22,131 nt of DNA from Azolla caroliniana. Taxonomy: Eukaryota; Plantae; Polypodiophyta. Made by a program: the position numbers and the translations under genes. Location: contig JBHGNT010000509.1 of the NCBI GenBank assembly GCA_043228905.1, positions 1 to 22,131 of the forward strand. Reading direction: 5' to 3'. The notes below the pieces were generated by a model that had not been told where the DNA came from, made no database searches, and saw only the letters and a program-made list of their open reading frames with translations. Of this stretch, positions 9,585-19,300 are shown piece after piece; the stretch's first letter is position 1; every line of letters begins with the position of its first letter.

Positions 9585-10820
9585 ATGGCCATGGCAACTC
9601 ACTCCATTGTGCCCACCATTGTATCGGTCTTGCTAATAAGCTTCTTATATTTAACGTGGCCTCCCTTTCAGCATTCGCATCTCCATGAAGCCATGGCAGA
9701 ATCCTCATTGATTGGTAAGAGGAAGGCGGTCCTTCATGATGATCAGGCCTCCTCCTCCTCCTCCTCCTCCTCTTCTTCCATGCCTAACGCTTATGATGTT
9801 CACACAGTCGTCTCTCCCAGAAACCCTAAGACAGGCTCCACCTCCACATCCCAGTTTGCTGTCTGTAAATTAGACCGCGCCCATGGTGGCGGGGACTGCA
9901 TTGGTAGGGTTCTGTATTGCCCATCTTCTTGCTTCTCCATCGCCACACATCATGACACTGACGATGAAGCGGCTACGTCCTATCGCAGCGCTAGCGTGGA
10001 GAGCCGGAAGACAGACGGAAGGGGTAAGAATATTGGCAAAGAGGATTACGACTATTACTACGATGACTATGACTACGGCACTCCCGGAGGAAATGGTGGG
10101 AGTGGTGGTCAGAATGGGGCTCCGGGGGCCCCTGGCAGTGGAGGAGGTGGTACTGGTGGTGGTGGTGGCCTCGGAGGAGCTGGAGGGGCTGCTTCACCTC
10201 CTGCTCAATCAACAATGCCAGGAAGACTGCCTACTCCGCCACGCCCACCACCAGGAGGAGGAGGAGGAGGTAGAAGAGGAGGCGGCGGAGGTTATGGTGG
10301 CCGTAGAAATGGCACCACCAGAGCAGCAGCAGCAGCAGCACCTCCTCCTCCTCCGCCAAGTGCGCCTAGAGATGGAGCTCCCGGTGCTCCAGGAGGAGGA
10401 GGAGGAGGAGGAGGAGGAGGAGCCGGTGGCCGTGGTGGTAATGGCGGCGACCGAAATGGAAATGGAGGAGGTGGTGGTGGTCAAGGTGGAAACGGTGGCG
10501 GTCAAGGTCAAGGCGGCCGGAATGGTAGTCCTGGGCGGGTTGGGAGCGGCGGTCAAGACGGCCAAAGTGGTAGTCCTGGGACGGTGGGGAGCGGCGGTCA
10601 AGGCGGGAATGGGGGTCAAGGAGGTGGTCAAGGCGGCGGGGGGAGGGGGGGTCGCGGAGGAGGTGGAGAAGGTGGGGGTGGGGTTAGAGAAGGAAGTTTG
10701 GAGGGAGAGACTTACAGTGGTGGTGGTCCAATGGCAGGACAAGTACTAGGTAATGCTAATGGTCATGGTAATGGTGGTTGCATGTATGATTGTGTTACCG
10801 AGTGCCGCGCATTCTGTTAA
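9585..10820 (+). CDS. Putative secreted glycine/proline-rich protein with split 8-Cys domain (related to the small plant Gly-rich CPxxC...GGCxxDCxxxCxAxC proteins / root-cap-LEA N-terminal Cys domain), 411 aa, intronless
   Basis: Uninterrupted GC-rich ORF in an AT-rich background. It has a hydrophobic N-terminal stretch (IVPTIVSVLLISFLYLTW), Cys at 94, 105, 112, 116 (FAVC...GDC...LYCPSSCF) and 399, 403, 407, 411 (GGCMYDCVTECRAFC-stop), and Gly/Pro-rich repeats between. A TATA box lies upstream. Confidence 0.85.
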   Translation: MAMATHSIVPTIVSVLLISFLYLTWPPFQHSHLHEAMAESSLIGKRKAVLHDDQASSSSSSSSSSMPNAYDVHTVVSPRNPKTGSTSTSQFAVCKLDRAHGGGDCIGRVLYCPSSCFSIATHHDTDDEAATSYRSASVESRKTDGRGKNIGKEDYDYYYDDYDYGTPGGNGGSGGQNGAPGAPGSGGGGTGGGGGLGGAGGAASPPAQSTMPGRLPTPPRPPPGGGGGGRRGGGGGYGGRRNGTTRAAAAAAPPPPPPSAPRDGAPGAPGGGGGGGGGGAGGRGGNGGDRNGNGGGGGGQGGNGGGQGQGGRNGSPGRVGSGGQDGQSGSPGTVGSGGQGGNGGQGGGQGGGGRGGRGGGGEGGGGVREGSLEGETYSGGGPMAGQVLGNANGHGNGGCMYDCVTECRAFC

Positions 10821-10823
10821 GAT

Positions 10824-10849
10824 CACCACCACCACCACCACCACCACCA
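10824..10849. repeat. (CAC/CCA)n trinucleotide run immediately after the Gly-rich gene stop
   Basis: caccaccaccaccaccaccaccacca. Confidence 0.85.
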
Positions 10850-12249
10850 TTTCCTGATGCCCTGACCACTATTTTACTACTATCACCTCAATTCAGAGCA
10901 TGTGATCACTTACTTAGCCACTCATTCTGTCTTTTTGTTCCACCTACCACATACTTTAGAGAGTATTATTTTATTACTCGCCTCCCCGTCTGAGTAGTTT
11001 TCTCTGCGCTCTTTCAGTTCCTTCCACCAATTCGCGGTCTCAAAACATTTTCCCCTGGAAGGCTTCGGGGTTGTAGAAAATCTGGATTCTGAATTATTCC
11101 CAATGTAAGCCATATTTAATAAGAAGAACTTGTACATTTGCATCAGAACTTGCATTTTTTTTCTTTTTTTTTTTAACCCGTGTACTCTCAAAAACTGAAG
11201 TTAGTTAAGTTAGTAAAACCGCATTAATATGAATTCAAACTTATTCCTATCCTGGTGTGTGGAAGGAAATCAGGGCCATTGTTTTTTTCATCCCCTTGGC
11301 TCTTGGGTTGTGAAAACTCAAGTTATGAATCCAAACTCTTAAGGATGACAATCCTACTATCTTTAATAACTCTAGTGTCCCCACCCCGCTTTGTTTTTGA
11401 CAAAGCAACTCCGGCGTGGGACTCTTCTAAGGTGATGTGCCATCATGGTCTCGCGACTTTGTCTGTCCATGGCATAAACTTCACATTTAGATTGGGTGGG
11501 TAAATGAAAAATACATAGGATTATTCTATTTAAGAATTTCATGAAATTTATACACTACTGCTTCCTTATTGTGATCAAGTCAAGAATATTATTTGCTAGA
11601 GGAATTGTTGCCATGTTGATGATGTGTGGTAAGTATCTCTTGCGGCAACACTAAATTTGTTCATGCATTGAACATGAATAACTCGATTTGTATGTGCTTA
11701 AAACTATATTGTCACGATTTGTATGAAAGGCTAATGGCATCACCTACAATTTGGGAAAATTGTTGGTAAGTAAAAAGATCCAACTTCAAGATGTCAATTT
11801 GTTTGTGGTACCACTTTGTAACATCCTCTATAGGAAGGACAAAAATAATTGTTTGTAATACAGAAACACAAGTGTTTACGAGTTAACAAATTGTAAACAA
11901 GTTCTCTTTGTCATAACAAATAGCAAATTGGTTTTGGCTAATTTATTTGCCATATCATCATTAAAGACCATGATTAAATTTACAAGTGATATTTAGATAA
12001 TCGTATGATTCACCATGTCTAATACTAGTAATTAATCAATGTATGATGCATTGGGATTACTAGATATGACATCTATTAGTTATTGTCAAGATTAGATCAA
12101 GCATTAAGTTGATAATAGTAGCAACCCTCTTTTCAACTTTTTCCTATGGTGTCTTCATTACCACAATGTATGACAGGAGCCTTTAGCCATACATTCCATG
12201 CTTTCCTCCTCTTGTGATACCAATGCGTCTACATGAGGTCAATGTCTTC

Positions 12250-12720
12250 TAGGAAAGAATTTGAAAATGACCAAAGAGGTTCTACTAATGCCATACCTAT
12301 AACCAATGCAATACATGTTCCTACTTTAAATTGGATCACATCCCATTGAGATCATAGCCATGGAAAGGGTGATTGAGTACATGATTAAGATGTTGATCAC
12401 CACATCAACTCAATTGACACAAGCAAGTTTTAGATAGATGGAAGATATGAGAAATGGTTTGGAAATAGAAGATTCACTTTTTCTTCACAATGTGTTAATA
12501 GATTCTTTCATGAATGAGGTCTTTTTGCAACACCAATGTACCACGTGGGAAAGATGAGTAGGTTCATCTTTCACATAATATTACACGAGTTGTACTAAAC
12601 TACAAAACTTCCAAAAAGGAAACCACCCAGCAATACATGCTAGAGCACGTGCCTTTGTTAGCCATTCACACCAGTGCTTCAATATGAGTTAAATCACATT
12701 CTCTTCAATGGGGCTTGACC
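12250..12720 (+). mobile_element. Decayed LINE ORF2 C-terminal fragment (post-RT region)
   Basis: Interrupted translations RKEFENDQR (12251), QYMFLL*IGSHPIEIIAMERVIEYMIKM (12309), LHNVLIDSFMNEVFLQHQCTTWER (12483) and QYMLEHVPLLAIHTSASI*VKSHSLQ (12631) are colinear with the LxEtGxxPIE...RxxSHxL region of non-LTR ORF2 as I recall it. Stops and frameshifts are present. The element may extend left to ~11560. Confidence 0.6.
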
Positions 12721-13263
12721 ATGCATATTTTTCCCTAGATTGGTGGAAGTAGCATTGCTTGATAGAATGTACTATAATCAACCAATTCAAGTGTGTCAAT
12801 CCAATCCACTCTCTACACATTCCTCTCAATATTACAATGTGTACTCCATTCCGATGTTTATTAGTGGAACTCTTGAGCCTTCAGTCACACTACTAAATAT
12901 ATAAAAATGATTCAGTTTTGGTTCCATTGATCATATTTAATATGTAATAAGTCAAGTATCTTGACAACTTGCTCTAACCATTGTTCTGACTACTTTTGTC
13001 TAAATCTGTGAAAATTTTGATCAAATCTTTATCTCAGGAAAAGAAATCACAAGCTCAACTGACCTGACATAAACATACATAACTAAGTTCCTTGTGGTGA
13101 ACAGATAACACCATCTATATAACTGAAAGATTTTTGAATAAAAGGTAATAAGCAGTTGGAATCATGCCTTCCAATTATATTCCATCCTTATTTATAATGA
13201 TCTGGAAGTGAACCCTTCCACAGTGATTACTGCAATACTGTAACATGGTCATCTCAGACATCT

Positions 13264-13292
13264 GTATCACAAAACCTCGTATCACAAAACCT
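13264..13292. repeat. 14-bp duplication (15-nt period) in the GRIP 3' UTR region
   Basis: gtatcacaaaacct at 13264-13277 and 13279-13292. Confidence 0.8.
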
Positions 13293-13363
13293 TGTTGAAC
13301 GCCTCTTGAAAGGAACGCGTTAGATGCATGAGAAGGAGAAATGAACTTGTTAGTGAACAAAAC

Positions 13364-16300
13364 TTATTTCCCAGCTTTTGAAAATAGGAATCTTGAGAGT
13401 AATGTCCGAGGAGCATCTTGAGAGGTTGAAGTTGCTCCTGGCACAAGATCATACACTTCTTGGCACTTCCTCATCTACAGAAAAGAAGAAAGAAATAAGG
13501 TTAAAAAGTCTACGAAGTTGTCAATTTGTACCAAATTGTCTACAAATTAAGGCAACAATTGAGAAGAAAGAGATAAAAAATGAGTGGGAAAAATGGTGAA
13601 TTTGCACAAAATTGACTGCTCATGAAAGCTTAAGAATTTCATACTTCCTCAGGGCTGAACTGTAACAACATTGCAATTACAGGTAGCAAGGCCTCTACTT
13701 CACCTGTAACCAAAGAACTTTTTTAAATCATCAAAATTTTGAAAATCTACTATTTTTTGTCTTAGAACATTATAAGAAAATATAGTGCAATGAATACCAG
13801 TCTCTAAAAGTTTCATGATAACATTTTTCAGGTATGTCATATCCACACCCTCTCGCTTCATAGACCGTTCCAGATTCCTTAGCTCTTCTTTCAGAGCTGA
13901 TTCCTGCATGCACATGGGATACATGCATTGCTTAAATACATAGAGAACAGGCCATTATTGAGAATCAAGATGAGAAACCACAAATATCAGAAAAAGAAGG
14001 AAATAAAATGTGATGAATGCATAGACACCACTAAAATAAGTTATGCTCTTAAAACTAAAAAAAGTATTTATAAACAAGGAAATATGTATCCATATGTATT
14101 TCCCCTTGAACGATGCATACATATTTCCTTGCGTATAAATAATCAGTTTCTCCAGTTAAAACACATTTTAAATCTCAACCAAACCAGTTAATCTGCAGTT
14201 TCACGATTTGGTTTACTCAAGCCAAACAGTTGCCAATTTCTACCTGAGAGATTCTCTTTGGATCCATTATTTTATGCTTTTCCCTAGAGAACCAAGAATA
14301 CAAGTGCAAAACCAACATATAGTATCCAACCTCATGTCGTCTGAGTAACATGAGAATTGCAGATAACTCAAGTAGACTAGACTGAGAACTGCATCCTATC
14401 AAAACAAACCCTCACTAGTTTTTGTATTTCTGAATCTGTCCATTGAAGTGTTAACTATCTTGGACAGCTCTACCATTCTGCTTTCATTTCATCTTCCCTT
14501 TTAGAGTTTCCTTAGTTCCTTTTTTTATCTCAAGTGAAGAATTAAAAGCATCAAGCAAAATAGACAATAACCAATACAGAAAATACTAATAAGAGAATAA
14601 AACAGTGCTGCTGATCTCATAGCAAACAGCATATACTCATGAGACAATGAGCATATAGTAGATGGTTTGAAACCCCAGAATTGACGAATGTATACCTGCT
14701 GTGCATGAAGGCGATTCTCATGTTCCAACTCAACAATTTCGTCCTGTGATGAAGTACTTAAGTACTCAATACATATTCTAAGGCATTTTCACATTGCTTA
14801 AAGCAGAAATGCAGAAATATATTCATTGCATTACTTGCAAAGCTTGAATATGGCGGTGGCACTGTGTCAGCTCTTCTTCTCTCTGTGCTTGCTGCCTGGC
14901 TAAAATCTATGTAACAAAAATTTGAAACTTCAAAACGGATATATTGGTATTAGAGTACAGAATATAGACTGCCACACAAATAGGCCTACCAAAATCTGTT
15001 GCTCTCCTGTTTCAATGCTGGAAAGGGAAGTATCATCTAGATTTCTCTCTGTATTTTTATGTAAGTTTAATTTTCAAAACTTTCATGTATCACATGGAGT
15101 TCGTATAGAAACAATAGAAAAGTATAAATTGATTCTTACCTCTGTTTGATGCAAAACTCCCTGCAGCCTGTAACGTAAAAAAATGAAAAACTCAATTCAA
15201 GCCTTGAAGATTCTCAACAACCTCTTTAAAAATCATATGAATGCTTAATGGACAAAGTTATATTCTGGAATCATAATATGGAGACAATACAAATATTGCG
15301 GTTATAAATAGTAGCAGTGGGATATTCCTTGTTGAGAACACTGTTAATATGATCAGCAGAAGTCAAACCAATTTAAAAGCCCATTTGCCATTTCCTTCGG
15401 ACATTCCCTAAACTTAAGATCATCTGGAAAGTAATATTTATGCACTGTCACAAAAAAACAAAACAAAACAAATTTAAGAAGCAGACCAACCTTAGATGCA
15501 TCAATAACTTTCTGCATGTCACCGATTTGTTCTAAAAGATGAGTGATTTCTTTATCCTTGGATTCCAACATATTATTTGCCATTTGTTGAAACGAAAAAT
15601 GTTCATCCTGGAAGTTCATATGCACATGGACATACTAATAAATGCTATGGACCAATGAAAAGGATCTCATTTAAATTGGCTAATATTACCTTGAAATGGG
15701 TATAGCTTTCCTTGAGTGAGATGTTCTCCTGTTCTAACTTATCGTATATTGCACCCTTCTGTTGCAGAGTATTGTATTTATCTGAACTCAAGTAATACAA
15801 CGTCATTACATAATTTGGGGTAAGTTTTTGCAAAATGCATGTTATATGCTAGTGTTTCTCACTCACTCCACTTACAATGAAGGAATGATCTGCAATTAGG
15901 AGTTCATACACGAAAGCAAGACAATGAGGTGATGTTCATAACAAAGAGAAATACTTCTGGTAGATGTGATGTTCACTTGCACAGCATGAGTGTCCATAAA
16001 AGTATCCATGCAAATCTGCCTAGGTGGGATCAGCGACTGCAAATCTCCTCCTATATTTTTGTCGCTTTATCTCTAAAAGTAAGAGGACAAAGCAACTCTG
16101 ATCATTGTATTCCATCGGTCAACAGAGAGGTTCAAATCCTCCTCTAAAGGGACAATGTTATCTTCTTCTGATCTCATAAATGATTGGGTAATGACGTACA
16201 TACTACTCCATCAGATTCGACTTCTTGATTGCAAAGCTGACAGATGCAGTCTTCAAAATCTATACAAGGATATGATCCAGAATCTCTCCTCCGTTAATGA

Positions 16301-19300
16301 GATGATACTTGGACCTGTCCTATCGCTGTGTGAAAGGCATGTGTGTTTTCATATGCTCGTCTTGAATAATGAGACCATTTGGGGATATGTAATAAGAGGG
16401 AAGAGGAACTCATAATTGTGCTTAGTTGCAGTCTTGGATTTATCATCCTCATCACTTTATTTCTGTCTGACTTAGTCACACACAAACATGGACAATCAAG
16501 GCTATGCTCAAATGTTCGAAGTGCATATATATTCATGCATGTACTTGGAACCAATCTCTCAGTTTTGAATACCAACAATTGGTCTTGCATTCCTCCGCTA
16601 GTTTTATAGATGAAGCAAGAGCTAGTTTGGATAGCAATGCCTAGGTAATTCGAGATTCAAGGAGATAGAGAGGTTTAGTAACTAAGTTCAGATAATTCAT
16701 CTATACAGGGATTCTATCCAGGGAAAGAAGAACAGGAATGGAAATGTTCCCTTAAAAGGTGTTTGACAAGATATTCAAGGAATTGATGATCCATTCGAGT
16801 ATAATTTGAAACAATTAGGCCATTGATGATGAAATCAACTCATTACTGTGAATGTAAACCAAGGAAATGAAAATCAATACCTTCCCATTCTGCATTTATT
16901 TCATCTATACGACTTTGCCAAGACTCTTGTTCCAGAACCAAACGTGTTTTTGTGGATTCAAGCTTTGTAGCTAGTTCACGAATCTTCTGTTCGGCATCCA
17001 GTAATGCAACAGATCTGAAAATCATACTCTTAAAAATGGAGATTCAAATTAAATCTTGGCAAGATATTGGCATCATAAAAACTTCAGAATCCTGAACCTT
17101 GCAGCAAGCTGGCTTTCATGCTCTGTCATCAGATCCTTCAACCTTTTCACTGCACGGTCTCTTTCTGTGGTAGCTGTAGCTGCCAAATTTTGTGCGTCCT
17201 GTATGTACAGGAGTTCAATTTTAGAAAGCATGCCTTCCTTATTCCAAATATCAAAATCACTGAAGCCTTTGTGAAATCACCTTTAGAGCTGCTTCCTGTG
17301 CAGCCAACCATTCAGCATCTTTTGCAGCAGACAGCTCAGCTTCTTTCTTTTGGAGTAGAGAATATGCTCTCAGTTTGTATGCATTGAAATCCTTTTCTAT
17401 AAGAATTGCCTGTACAAATCAAAATACAATTTATGCACTCGAACGTGTTACTTAGACCCTTCTAAAACGAATCTATTGAGTCGAACCTGCTCTCTACAAG
17501 CATCCCGTTCTGCCTCAGCTACACTCAAGGCCTGCCGAACACCCTGGAGTTCAGATTCCATTTGACCTATCATGGCCATCAACATGCTTTTTGCTTAACA
17601 CCAGTCTCTGATAAAAAAATTCTATCAGGAAATAGATGTTTACTTTTCTCTCTTGCAGTTATTATCTGATGTTGTAAATAAGACTTCTCACTTTCCTCCA
17701 GCTTCAACTTCACAACTTCCAATGTGGCATCCCAAGTTTCACGCTCTTTCCTCTATCATTTCGAGAAACAAAACTACAAACTGAGTGAAAATTCATTCTG
17801 GACATTTCAGAAAGCATAAAAGATTTCATACCCTAAAGATATGCATTACCACCAATCTACCATAATTCATCATACAATTGTTCTTGAGTAAGTTCTGGAA
17901 TTGATGGCAGAAGCTTAATCTTGTTTTATTGTTCCCTCTCTTCTTTAATCTATCGTTCACAGTGCCCATTTCAATATTTATTATCCTATTTATCTTTTAC
18001 TGTATGCACAGATCAAGGGTGTAGTAGAACAATCTAGAGAGGAGATGGAAAATAGGCCTTTTATTAGGAAAAATCTGATTTTGGCGCTGAAATATGAAAA
18101 ATGACACAACAATTGGTTCACTTAGAAAGGAGCCATGATGTCCAAATCAATCATCCTTTCAAATCAATTGTTAGAGTCAATGACGGGGTAATCAAAATAT
18201 TCTGGACAGGCTCACAAAGTCCAATTCATTTTCTGCATCTGTATCAGCTCTTCAGTTTTGTCCCTATGACAGGAAAGAGATCAGTGTCATTCATCCTACA
18301 ATATTACAGCCAGGAAACGCATACAAATGCTGCTTGTCAATTTCTTTGCTAGCTGACAAAGTTATCTCTTTCTAATTCAGTCTTGCTAAAATTACAGAAT
18401 TTCTTAAACCTTTCACATTCATATGATAAGAACTTAGAGAGGACTTGTTCTGCAAGTTTTTTGGAAAGGATACTTTGCGCAAAACATTTAATAAGATTGT
18501 CAAATTTAGCTCATATTACTTCATCTGAAACATGGTAGAAAACAACCACTAATTACATTCTGCACCATTTATTTGTGCACCTCTCCTTGTCTCATACATG
18601 TTCTTGTTCAACCCGTGCTAGTTCCCCTCGAGCAGATTCCAAAGATGCAGTGAGACGTATCGCCTCTCCAGATGATGTGGCATCCAGCTCAGCAATATGT
18701 GCCTCCTTTTGAGCCAGTTGAATCTGCATGCCAGTTAAACACTTCAGACGTTTCTGCAAACTTTTGATTAAAGCTAAAATGAGTAGTCTTTTTTACCTGC
18801 AAGGTAGCCGTGGTTTCAGCTGACTTGGTTCGTTCAAGGATTGCATCCGCTAACTGAGATTCAAGATCTTCAATTACCTGAAACAAATGCTCAAAATAGA
18901 GAATCTCGATACATCATTACCCACGTAAATCAGAGTCAAACACGTAATGAAAGACCAAGAATTACTTTAAACAAAGATACAAAACCAAGGTTATTTTAGA
19001 AAAATTTAATTCGATCAGCTCTTAAACTGGAAACATGCATGGAAATACATTTGATGCATAACTACATGTGTCTAGTGTAATACATGACGTAAACATTACA
19101 AATAAACATATTCATATGTGCATAATCATTCAAATAAGCCCGTAGTCAAAACCTTCTGATGTTTTGACACCACATCAGCAACAATAGCACCATGTTTTTC
19201 CTCCACCTCCATCAATTTGTCTGTCAGCTCATTAACTACCTAAGGAAGAAAGCAACAAGAGAATTCACTTTTATTGCCGAGATATAAGTTTTAGAAAAAT

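Noticed and set aside
8483-9708. ORFs with SLSLSL / YVCMYVCM runs
   Set aside because: These are translations of (AG)n, (CT)n and (CATA)n microsatellites.
10638-10683. Potential G-quadruplex (G6-a-G7...G5-t-G4)
   Set aside because: It is an expected by-product of Gly codons, has a long central loop, and nothing indicates function.
9883-10749. 288-aa +1-frame ORF and 177-aa antisense ORF overlapping the Gly-rich gene
   Set aside because: GGN/CCN-rich coding sequence naturally lacks stops in other frames, and the products are low-complexity shadows (poly-E/V, poly-T/S).
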